From NCBI GenBank assembly GCA_009782505.1, contig WRIW01000005.1:7044-71043 (forward strand): 64,000 nt of DNA, given 5' to 3'. The notes below the pieces were generated by a model. That model was not told the origin of the DNA. It saw only the letters and a program-made list of their open reading frames with translations, and did no database searches. The translations under genes and the position numbers were made by a program. Below, in pieces: positions 16,937-26,200 of this stretch; the stretch's first letter is position 1; the number at the start of each line of letters is the position of its first letter. The DNA comes from Clostridiales bacterium. Lineage in GTDB: Bacteria; Bacillota; Peptococcia; DRI-13; UBA5745.

Positions 16937-18696
16937 TTTACGCCGACTATATCCGCGTTCTCCATATCGAGCTGGACAAGGGCAAGATATCCATTGCCCA
17001 ACGCGAGGACCTGACCCAATACCTGGGCGGCGTGGGGGTGGCGTCCAAGCTGCTGGAAGAATACATGCATCCCGAGCTGGAGCCCCTGGCGCCGGAGCAG
17101 CCCATCGTCTTCGCCATCGGCGCGTTATCCAGCGTATACCCCGTCATCACCAAGACCGTGGCTATGTTTATCTCGCCCCTCACCGGGGAGCTGGGGGAGA
17201 CCTATGCCGGCGGGCGCCTGGCCATGACTATGTTTCAAGCCGGGTTCGACGCCATCGTCATCACGGGCAGGGCGAAGGGACCGACCTATGTGGCCATCAA
17301 CGCAAACGACGTGGCTTTCAAGAACGCCGGCGCCATATGGGGCACGGGCAACGACTCGGCGGGCCAGATCATCCGGGACTCGGAGAAAGGCCCCAGCGGG
17401 AAGCGCTCCATCGTCCGCATCGGGACGGCAGGGGAAAACCTGGTGTCCTACGCCTGCGTGAATGTGGACCGGTACAGGCATTTCGGCCGCCTGGGGCTGG
17501 GCGCCGTATTTGGCTCCAAGTACCTGAAAGCCATGAGTGTAATCGGAAACAGGGACATGCCCATCGAGAACTTCCAGGAGTACTTCAAGGTGTACCGGGA
17601 GATATACGACAAGGCCACGGCCCAGGGCGGGGCGATGGCCAAGTACCACGACACGGGCACGGCTATCAATATAGAGCCCCTGAGCAAGATGGGGGGCTTG
17701 CCTACGCTGAATCTGCGGCAGGGCAGCTTCGAGGACGCGGACAAGGTGTCCGGCGACGCTTTCGCCAAGAACCAGCTTGTGAGGAAGATGGCGTGTACCG
17801 GCTGCCCCGTGGGATGCATACACATCGGGCAATTTCGGCGGGAGTTCGCCGACGAGGGTTATGAGTACGAAGCCGTCTCCGTGGGTTACGACTACGAGCT
17901 GATCTATGCCCTGGGGACTTTCCTGGGCATATCCGACCCGGAGAAGATACTGGAGCTCATCGACGAAGTGGAGACCGCCGGGCTGGACGCCATGAGCGCC
18001 GGGGTGGCGCTGGGCTGGGCCGCGGAGGCTTTGGAAAAGGGGCTGGTGACGGAGGAAGAGACCCTCGCGCCCCTGAAGTTCGGCGAACCCGAAGGCTTCC
18101 TGAAGGCCATACGCTACATCGCCGAAGGCAAGAACGAGTTCTACCTCCACTTGGGTAAGGGCGTGCGCCATGTGTCCCTGAAGTACGGCGGGTACGACTT
18201 CGGTATGCAGATCGCAGGCAACGAGATGGCGGGCTACCATACGGGCTACGGCTCCCTCATCGGCGCCGCCGTGGGGGCAAGGCATTCCCATCTGTGCAAT
18301 GGCGGGTACTCCGTGGACCAGGGCATGAAGGAGCCGGGGGTAGACCCGGACGCCATGGCTAAGTCCCTGCTGGACGAGGAAGTGGAGCGGTGCATGCTGA
18401 ACTCCCTGGTCATCTGCCTCTTTGCACGGAAAGTGTACGACAGGGAGACGGTACTGAAGGCGATGAAGGCCATCGGCATGGATATGACCGACGAGGAGCT
18501 GAGCGCCGTGGCGAAGCGCAACTATGCCACGAAGCTGCGGATAAAGAAAGCCCTTGGCTTCGACTGGGAAGGGATAAAGCTGCCGAAGCGCTACTTCGAG
18601 ACCCCTTCCGCCAGGGGGCAGCTGGACGAGGCCACGGCGGAAGAGATCCTGAGCCGCTACCGCGCGCGTATGGCGGAGTACCAGGCGGCGGAGTAA
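16933..18696 (+). CDS. aldehyde:ferredoxin oxidoreductase family protein (tungstopterin enzyme family)
   Basis: Start at ATG 16933, with an ATGA overlap onto the ferredoxin stop. The AFOR N-terminal pattern is YLGGVGVASKLL...PIVFAIGALS. The Fe-S/pterin ligand region is ACTGCPVGC. About 587 aa. Confidence 0.9.
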   Translation: MIYADYIRVLHIELDKGKISIAQREDLTQYLGGVGVASKLLEEYMHPELEPLAPEQPIVFAIGALSSVYPVITKTVAMFISPLTGELGETYAGGRLAMTMFQAGFDAIVITGRAKGPTYVAINANDVAFKNAGAIWGTGNDSAGQIIRDSEKGPSGKRSIVRIGTAGENLVSYACVNVDRYRHFGRLGLGAVFGSKYLKAMSVIGNRDMPIENFQEYFKVYREIYDKATAQGGAMAKYHDTGTAINIEPLSKMGGLPTLNLRQGSFEDADKVSGDAFAKNQLVRKMACTGCPVGCIHIGQFRREFADEGYEYEAVSVGYDYELIYALGTFLGISDPEKILELIDEVETAGLDAMSAGVALGWAAEALEKGLVTEEETLAPLKFGEPEGFLKAIRYIAEGKNEFYLHLGKGVRHVSLKYGGYDFGMQIAGNEMAGYHTGYGSLIGAAVGARHSHLCNGGYSVDQGMKEPGVDPDAMAKSLLDEEVERCMLNSLVICLFARKVYDRETVLKAMKAIGMDMTDEELSAVAKRNYATKLRIKKALGFDWEGIKLPKRYFETPSARGQLDEATAEEILSRYRARMAEYQAAE

Positions 18697-18763
18697 GCGC
18701 ATCGGCGCGCGGAGCGGATGATATTGTATTTTCATTAAAGGGAAGAGGAAGGGGAGGTCGAAC

Positions 18764-20032
18764 ATGACGCCGGAAAACCAGAAAAAGTACGATGAGAAAC
18801 TCAAGAGGATCACCGAAGCCATAGCCCTGAAGGAGCCGGACAGGGTGCCGGTCTCGCCGCCGCCCGAGCTGTACCCTGTGTTCCACGCGGGCTACACCAT
18901 GGCGGAGGTCATCTACGACGCGTCCCTGGAGAAGATCAGGAAAGCGATGATCAAGTATTTCCAGGATTTCGACCCGGATACCGCCTGGGGCGGCGCCATG
19001 GGCTTCATCCTGGCCGGCGAAGGCCCGGGGATGGAGCTGTGCAAGCCGAAGAATATGCGCTGGGCCGGCATGCCGGGGGACGTCATCGACAAAAACTCCA
19101 TCCACCAGTTCATCGAATACCCCTTGCTGCTGGACGATGAGTTTGACGAATTCTTCAACGACCGCACGGGCTGGACCCTCAGGAAAGCCTTCCCCCGCCT
19201 GTCCGGGCTGACGGAGCATTTCTCCAACTTCTACGTGGACGCCGCGTTCTCCAACGCCAGCATACGTATGCTGTCCGCCCAGCTCTCCACCCCGGCCGCG
19301 AAAGAGATGATCAAGAACCTCTGGGCCATCGAAGAGTTCTACCAGGCCTTCGCGGCGAAGGCGGCGGAGATCGAGAAGGAAGTCGAAGAGATGGGCTTCC
19401 CCAATGTGACGGGCGGCATGGCGTCCGTGCCTTTTGACGACTACAGCGACTTCCTGCGGGGCTCCATCGAGTCCATGACGGACCTCTACGAGAGGCCGAA
19501 GGAGATAGAGAAATTCATCGAAGCGAGGCTTGAGGTCACCCTGGACATGATCAAGTCCACGAAGGGTATCAACGACGGCAAGCAGATTTTCATGCCCCTG
19601 CATAAAGGCATGGACGGCTTCATGAACGACGAGCACTACCGGAAGTACTACTGGAACCATCTGCAGAAGATCATCCTTGCCATCATCGACGTGGGGAAAG
19701 TCCCCTTCATCTACACCGAAGGCAAGTACAACTCCAGGCTGGACTGCCTCACCGAGGTGCCTCCGGGCAAGGTGTTCTACCACTTCGAGGAAGTGGACAT
19801 GGCGGTGGCGAAGAAGAAGCTGGGGGGCATAGCCTGCATAGCCGGCGGCTTCCGCTCCACCCTCCTTGACTGGGGCACGCCCCAGGAGGTGCGGGAGGAA
19901 GTGAAGCGCCAGATAGAGACCTGCGCGCCCGGCGGCGGGTATGTGTTCGAGACGTCCTGCGGCATCGGCAACGCCAAGCGGGAGAATGTGGAAGCTATGT
20001 TTGAGGCTGCCCGGGAGTATGGCAAGTATTGA
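18764..20032 (+). CDS. uroporphyrinogen decarboxylase (URO-D) family protein, probably a methyltransferase-like enzyme
   Basis: 422 aa. The N-terminus KYDEKLKRITEAIALKEPDRVPV and overall layout are typical of clostridial URO-D-family proteins. Assigned by recollection of the family, not by a computed match. Confidence 0.6.
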   Translation: MTPENQKKYDEKLKRITEAIALKEPDRVPVSPPPELYPVFHAGYTMAEVIYDASLEKIRKAMIKYFQDFDPDTAWGGAMGFILAGEGPGMELCKPKNMRWAGMPGDVIDKNSIHQFIEYPLLLDDEFDEFFNDRTGWTLRKAFPRLSGLTEHFSNFYVDAAFSNASIRMLSAQLSTPAAKEMIKNLWAIEEFYQAFAAKAAEIEKEVEEMGFPNVTGGMASVPFDDYSDFLRGSIESMTDLYERPKEIEKFIEARLEVTLDMIKSTKGINDGKQIFMPLHKGMDGFMNDEHYRKYYWNHLQKIILAIIDVGKVPFIYTEGKYNSRLDCLTEVPPGKVFYHFEEVDMAVAKKKLGGIACIAGGFRSTLLDWGTPQEVREEVKRQIETCAPGGGYVFETSCGIGNAKRENVEAMFEAAREYGKY

Positions 20033-20101
20033 CGCCGCCGCGCGTCAAGGGATATGGGACGTTGTTTACTAGAATAGCCGTAAGGGGGAAAATCATAACA
20101 T

Positions 20102-20998
20102 ATGGGTTCATTTGGGCCGGTCTCATCAGGGGATCGGGAGAGAATTGTAAGCTATCTGCGGATGTATGAAGGCAACGAGGCAAGCGAGTATTCTTTTACA
20201 AATTTATTTATCTGGAGCCCGGGGGACCAGGTGGAGTGGATGGAAGGGGACGGGTACATGCTCTTCCGTACAAAGCCGAAGACCCGCACCCACTATCTGA
20301 TGGCTTTCGCGCCGGACGAGCGTATCGGGGCGGCTCTGGAAGAAGCGGTAGCCACGGCGGAGGCGGATGGGGAGAGGTTCTCCATCCACAGCCTCCCCCA
20401 GTGGTACAAGGATAAGGTCGAGGCTATCGTGCCGGGGCGTTTCGCCTTCGAGCGGGAGCCCCATCACGACGACTACATTTACCGGGTGGAAGACCTCGTC
20501 AACTTGACTGGCAAAAAATACCAGAATAAACGCAACCACATCAACCGGTTTATGCGTATGTACGGGGGGCGGTTCGCCTATGCGGACTATGAGACCGGTA
20601 TGGCCGGGGACTGCATGGATATCTACGCCCGCTGGCTGTCTTCCAAGGAGGAGACCCCGGAGCTGCTCAGCGAGCGGGAGTCCGTGAAGCGGGCCCTGTA
20701 CCACGCGCCGGAGCTGGGCCTGGCGGGGGGCGTGCTCCTGGTGGACGGCAAGCCCGAAGCCTTCAGCCTGGGGGAGCGGATCACGGAGGATATGGCTGTC
20801 ATCCATATCGAGAAAGCCACGCCCGACATACCGGAGTTGTTCCCGCTGATCAACAGGGAGTTTGTAGCCCATGCCTTCGGGGACCTTACGTGGGTCAACC
20901 GGGAAGAAGACATGGGGGACGAAGGGATGCGCCAGGCAAAGCTTTCCTACCATCCCGCGCGCATGGTGGAGAAGTACCGGGGCGCGCTGAAGGAGTGA
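20102..20998 (+). CDS. DUF2156 domain protein (MprF C-terminal-like aminoacyl transferase fold)
   Basis: 298 aa. YSFTNLFIWSP...YMLFR...KKYQNKRNHINRF...VIHIEKA pattern of stand-alone DUF2156 proteins. Confidence 0.7.
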   Translation: MGSFGPVSSGDRERIVSYLRMYEGNEASEYSFTNLFIWSPGDQVEWMEGDGYMLFRTKPKTRTHYLMAFAPDERIGAALEEAVATAEADGERFSIHSLPQWYKDKVEAIVPGRFAFEREPHHDDYIYRVEDLVNLTGKKYQNKRNHINRFMRMYGGRFAYADYETGMAGDCMDIYARWLSSKEETPELLSERESVKRALYHAPELGLAGGVLLVDGKPEAFSLGERITEDMAVIHIEKATPDIPELFPLINREFVAHAFGDLTWVNREEDMGDEGMRQAKLSYHPARMVEKYRGALKE

Positions 20999-21001
20999 GC
21001 T

Positions 21002-22159
21002 ATGGACATACGTGTGCTTCAGGGTGATGATATCAAGAAAGCCGCCGCGCTCTGGAAGTACTGCTTCGGCGATACGGACGAGTTCACGGACTGGTACTTT
21101 TCCTGCCATGAGGACCGACACGTCCTGGGGATGATGGAGGGAGACGAGCTCATGGCCCAGATCGTGTGCACTCACCAGGATGTGGGCGTGCGGGGGGTAG
21201 ACAGAGGCGCCGCCATACTCTCGGGGGTGGCCACGGCGCCCTCGTGCCGGGGGCGCGGGTTTATGTCCGAACTCATGACGCATGGGCTTTCCTATGTACG
21301 GCAGAGGGGTGAAAGCCTCGCGGCGCTGTACCCTTACGAATACAGGTTCTATGAGCAGTACGGCTTCGCGAAGTGCGGCGAGGTGGCCAAGGTCAACGCC
21401 CCCATCGGCAGGCTGACCGCCGCCAAGCTCATGGGAGAGGTCGTGATGCTGAAGGGCGGAGGCGAGGACAAAGCTAAACTTGTCCGGGCTTATGAGGCGA
21501 GCTACGGCGGGTATAGCGGGCGCGTCCGCCGGGAAGAAAGCGACTTCGCCAGGCTGCTGGAGGAGCTGGCCCAGGACGGCGGCTACGGGGCCGTCTACCG
21601 CAGGGACGGGGAGGAGAAAGGCTACATCCTCTACGTCATGCGGGGGGAGGTCATGGATATCCGGGAGATCGGGGCGGCGGACCATATAGCCCGCCAGGAC
21701 ATGTACGGTTTCATCTGCAGCCATTCCTCCACGATGCAGACGGCGGAGTTCCTATGCCCTCTGGACGATCCGCTTTGGCGGCTGATCTCAGACCCCAGGG
21801 GCCTGGTATCCGCGGAGCCTTACGCTATGCTGCGTATGGTGGAGATGGAAATAACCATGCAAGGCCTGCCGGCGGGGGATGGCTTAGTCACCATGAAGGT
21901 GATGGATCCATACGCCCCATGGAATGAAGGGGTCTGGCAGTTCTTCGGCAGCGACGGCAAGCTGGATGTGGAGAAGATACCCGACCCGGGCTTCGGCGAG
22001 CTGAGCGTGATATCCATCGGCGACCTGACCCAGTGGGCTTTCGGCTACGCCGGCGGCAGGGATCTGCAGCGGCAGGGCGCCCTGCTCACCGACATCTGCG
22101 CCGAGATCATGGACGACATACTGCCGAAGCGGCCGGTGTTCCTATACGAAAAGTATTGA
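21002..22159 (+). CDS. Eis-like GNAT N-acetyltransferase with C-terminal SCP2-like domain
   Basis: 385 aa. Acetyl-CoA motif GVATAPSCRGRGFMSELM, YPYEYRFYEQYGF, and a long C-terminal extension typical of Eis-type enzymes. Starts 4 nt after the DUF2156 stop. Confidence 0.75.
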   Translation: MDIRVLQGDDIKKAAALWKYCFGDTDEFTDWYFSCHEDRHVLGMMEGDELMAQIVCTHQDVGVRGVDRGAAILSGVATAPSCRGRGFMSELMTHGLSYVRQRGESLAALYPYEYRFYEQYGFAKCGEVAKVNAPIGRLTAAKLMGEVVMLKGGGEDKAKLVRAYEASYGGYSGRVRREESDFARLLEELAQDGGYGAVYRRDGEEKGYILYVMRGEVMDIREIGAADHIARQDMYGFICSHSSTMQTAEFLCPLDDPLWRLISDPRGLVSAEPYAMLRMVEMEITMQGLPAGDGLVTMKVMDPYAPWNEGVWQFFGSDGKLDVEKIPDPGFGELSVISIGDLTQWAFGYAGGRDLQRQGALLTDICAEIMDDILPKRPVFLYEKY

Positions 22160-22198
22160 GTTGAGCTTAACGAACACAGAATACGAGGTGGTGACGTT

Positions 22199-23005
22199 TT
22201 GAAGATCATTGATTCCCATATCCACTACCTGCCCGGGGCTGAGCACTTCGACCGCCTGGCTAAGCAAGCCGGCCACGAAAACACGGAGAGCCATCTGATG
22301 GAGGTATTCGCTGCCGAGGGCATCGAGTACGCCGTGGTGATGAGCAATATCAGCCGGGAGCAGGGCAGGGAGCCTATGCCTAGCTGCATGCGGTACTGCG
22401 CGGGCATAGACCGGGGCGCCCTGACGCCGGAGAAGGCGGAGAGCTCCCTGGAGGCGGCGGAAGCGCACCTGGGCCTGGAGGCCTGCGTAGGGCTGAAGAT
22501 ATACGCCGGTTATACGCGCTATGACCTCACCGACCCGGGGTACATGCCCTACTATGCGCTGGCGGAGAAGCACAAGAAGCCCGTGGCGGTGCATATGGGG
22601 GTGACGGCCCACGCCAACGCCCTGCTGAAGTACAGCCATCCCATGCAGCTGGACGAGGTGGCGGTGACCTTCCCTAATGTGCAGTTTGTGATGTGCCACT
22701 TCGGGAACCCCTGGCTCATGGACGCCGCCGCCGTGGTGGAGAAGAACCACAATGTGGCAGCGGACCTCTCGGGCCTGCTGGTGGGCAAGATAGACCTGGC
22801 GGACTACCTGGAGAAGCAGAAGGGCTATGTGGAGCAGCTCAAGACCTGGATCGCTTATGTGGAAAACTACGAGAAGTTCATGTACGGCACGGACTGGCCC
22901 CTGAGCGGCATGGGGGAGTATATCCGGCTTACGGCCCACATCATCCCGGAGCAGTATCACGAGCTGGTCTTCTATGAGAACGCCCGGCGCATCTACGGGA
23001 TTTAG
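22199..23005 (+). CDS. amidohydrolase-2 family metal-dependent hydrolase
   Basis: TTG start. IIDSHIHYLPG (HxH metal motif), VAVHMG, and FVMCHFGNPW ... GTDWP. Confidence 0.8.
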   Translation: MKIIDSHIHYLPGAEHFDRLAKQAGHENTESHLMEVFAAEGIEYAVVMSNISREQGREPMPSCMRYCAGIDRGALTPEKAESSLEAAEAHLGLEACVGLKIYAGYTRYDLTDPGYMPYYALAEKHKKPVAVHMGVTAHANALLKYSHPMQLDEVAVTFPNVQFVMCHFGNPWLMDAAAVVEKNHNVAADLSGLLVGKIDLADYLEKQKGYVEQLKTWIAYVENYEKFMYGTDWPLSGMGEYIRLTAHIIPEQYHELVFYENARRIYGI

Positions 23006-23256
23006 TGCCCCGCTGATTAATTCAATGGTTTATTAAACACCATAATAGTGTTATTTCGATTTCATCACACTCTCATTCTACATTCAACCCCCTTTCATTG
23101 TAGTATTATTTATCACAACCAATAGAAATGCACAGAAAAACTATACAATAAGAGATGGAGCATGTTATAATAAACCGCCATGACTATGGCTTTTGCGAAA
23201 TCTCTTGTTTTTCTATCTGTCTCAATACGCCTGTATAAAAAATGGAGGGGTCGTTT

Positions 23257-26200
23257 ATGTTTAAACCAGTCAGTAAGGCAAACCGTTGGATGAGCGCGGC
23301 ATTGGCTTTGGTATTCCTCTTTTCCATCGCCGTGCCGGCTTTTGTAGCCTGGGGCGTGGATGAATCCGCCGGTGTAGTGGCGGAAGGCGGGGACGCGGCG
23401 CCCGGCGGCACGGAGGAGCCTGGCGAAGGCGACGGCTCCGGCGAAGCCGGGGACGAGGCATTGGAGCCGGACGAAGGGGAGGCGGAGAGCGGCCCCGGTA
23501 AGGCAGGCGACGGCAGCGGCGCAGGCGCGGGCTTGCCTATGTTTGCCGGGATCAACGCCCTGGCGGCGGCCTTAGGCGAGGACAACGGCCTCTTCGAGCC
23601 CTTGGGCGGCGGCATGGGCATCATGGCGCTGGACGGGGAGATCGGGCTCTTCGCGGCGGGGGACGCCAATTCGGACTTAGCGAATTTCATTACCAGCGTG
23701 GTGGTCAGGGATTCCTCGGGAACCTTGATGAATGACGCCAGCTACTACTACATCGGTGATACTTACGAGTTCACCATCGACTTTACGGAGCACGCGGGCA
23801 CAGACGGGCAATTTGAATATGACTTCGATGACTTTCTGACTTATCAGCTGCCGGAATATTTAAAGATAACGAGTCCAGTTGAAGGTGATATCCATGTCGC
23901 CAGCAGCGCCGCAGGAGCCGCTCCGGGCGCGACAGTAAAAGTTGGTCAATACACTATCGATACTTCTGGATTAGTTAAGGTGCGGTTTAACGACATCGAT
24001 ACAGCAGGTTATGATATCGAGGAAAACTTCATCGACCATTATACCAACGCCTGGTTTAGCCTGGCGATTGAAGCGGATCTGATTTCAGCGCCCAGCGGGG
24101 GCAGGGTGGTATTTGGCGCGGACGCCATCGTGAATATAAAAGTCTATGTCGCGCCTCCGGACGCCGCCGTTGTGAGCGTCAGCAAGACCGGGACGCCCAT
24201 TACAGGCGACAAGATCAATTATGAGGTAACCATCACCGCTTCCGGCAACACCGTGAAAAACATCGTTTTTAACGACTACCCATGGATCAAGAAGAGTAGC
24301 AGTGGGAGTAATTTAACGATTACGAATCCGGATAACGCCAATACCGCATATACGAACTTTTCGTATATTATCTATGACGCTTCGGGGAGTCCCAGAACAG
24401 GTTCGGTAGAGATGAGCGGCGGCGTGTGGGCGCCGGCGACCGGTACAGGCACGACTACCGGCACGACAAACTTCCGCACCCATTATATCTATGACTTTTC
24501 CGCGGTGGAGTTGGAGCCAGATGAAAAAATCGTCGTGACTTATACCCTGGACGTACAGAAGCTGATGGCGAACAACGGCTTGTACACGAGCGATAACGCC
24601 GAATCCTTAAACTATTATCTGGACGTAGGGAATGATGTAAAGGTAGAGAGCAATGCCGTCATAGCAAGCACGTTTGATCCGGCTGGTCATCATTACTCGA
24701 AGTCATTTGCGTTTACGAAAGTCGGCAGCGAAGGCGCCGCTGAGAATACGATTGATTGGATAGTAACTGTAGGTAAGTCTGGTCCAACAGAGGAACCTCT
24801 TAACGGCGGAGAAATCAGAGATTCCCTTAACGTAGCAAGCACGGCTCTGACCGGATCGTCGAACATGCCCGCGGATAGCGCGATTGAAATCACCCTAGTA
24901 GAGAGCGGTAGCATAAGCAACATCTTTACAGCTGATAAAATACCAGGGTTTAGCTTTACAGGGAATGAATTTCGATTTACTATCCCGGCGAATCTAACGT
25001 CATTAGTCGATAAAGGCGGAACTTCAAGGACGATCGGCAATGTTTATCAGGTGATAGTCAAATACGCGTCTACCTACTCAACACCGGCAAGCGGGACAAG
25101 CCCTGTTATATTCGGAAATACGGCGTATTACCATGAATTGAGCGTATCCGATACGGTTTCAGTTACGCCGCCTGCAAGGAAAGAAGAGACGACCGTAACT
25201 AAGTCAGGCGGCTGGACGCAAAGCGAATATGACAACAAGATCACTTGGCAATGCGATATCGGCGGTGGTATTGAAGAACTTACTTCGTCTGTCATTTCCG
25301 ACAAATTAGCGGCGACTGTTGGCGAGGACGATATCTCTGGCTTTATGGGTATGCCGGATAAGAGCAAGATAAAGGTTGTAGTGTATGGAGCACCGACCTA
25401 TCACGATACCGTGAATAATGTAATGAAATTCCAAACCTCCGATATCATTTTTAATGATTATGCCAATCATGCTAGTATTAACAGTTCATTTTTAATTGAT
25501 GGAGATAATAAGGGATTCTCCTTCAAAATTCCAAATCTCGGTAAAGATATCTACCGTGTCTATATCGAGTATACGACGGATATCCTGCTGCCTATCCCGG
25601 ACGACGCCGGCGACTTTGTATATAAGAATGAAGTCGATCTTGACGGCGGGAAATCAGATTACGACGAGTTTGTCATCCAGAGACCAGCAGCTGGAGAGAA
25701 ATCATATAAAACCGGCGACTGGAACGGGGAGGACATCGAGTGGGAAATCAAAATCGGTGACGGGACTGTCCCGCTGAATCTTATAACAATAACCGACACT
25801 CTCAGTTCTGATTTGGCAAGTATAATAGAATTGCCTAACGCGAATAAAATTAATATCGACATATATGGCAGGCCTTCGGGCGTATTAGGAGGCAAAGCTG
25901 ATTTTAAAGATAGAGATTTAATTGGCGAATACACTGCGGATGTTTTTACTTCTGATTTCACAATAAACGGCGATAAATCGGAATTCGTATTTACAGTTCC
26001 AGAAAATAACCCGAATGGTGGTACATTTGGCGCTATTTATCAAATAATCATCACTTATGCCACTCCGCTTTCGATTCTGCCAGACATCAATGAGGATTTT
26101 GACTATGTGAACGAGTTGGCATTATCGAATGAAATAGTCATCGATCCGGTATATGTAACAATACCCGGACCAATCCCAGGGAAATTTATCCATAAATGGG

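Noticed and set aside
17125-18822. Very long antisense or alternate-frame ORFs. Examples: 17125..18822(-) 565 aa, 18410..19783(-) 457 aa, 20204..21724(-) 506 aa, 32673..34076(-) 467 aa, 53372..54736(+) 454 aa, 57578..58738(-) 386 aa and 16818..17864(+) 348 aa.
   Set aside because: Each lies opposite, or out of frame with, a gene that has clear family motifs. Their products are Arg/Pro/Gly/His-rich low-complexity strings, typical of stop-codon-poor frames in high-GC DNA. None has an RBS or a recognisable domain.
23006-23256. The AT-rich 250-bp region upstream of adhesin 1, considered as a possible small gene or ncRNA.
   Set aside because: No ORF with an RBS and no extended conserved-looking structure is present. 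There is only a short hairpin (ATGGT...ACCAT) after the amidohydrolase gene. The region is most simply the adhesin promoter and leader.
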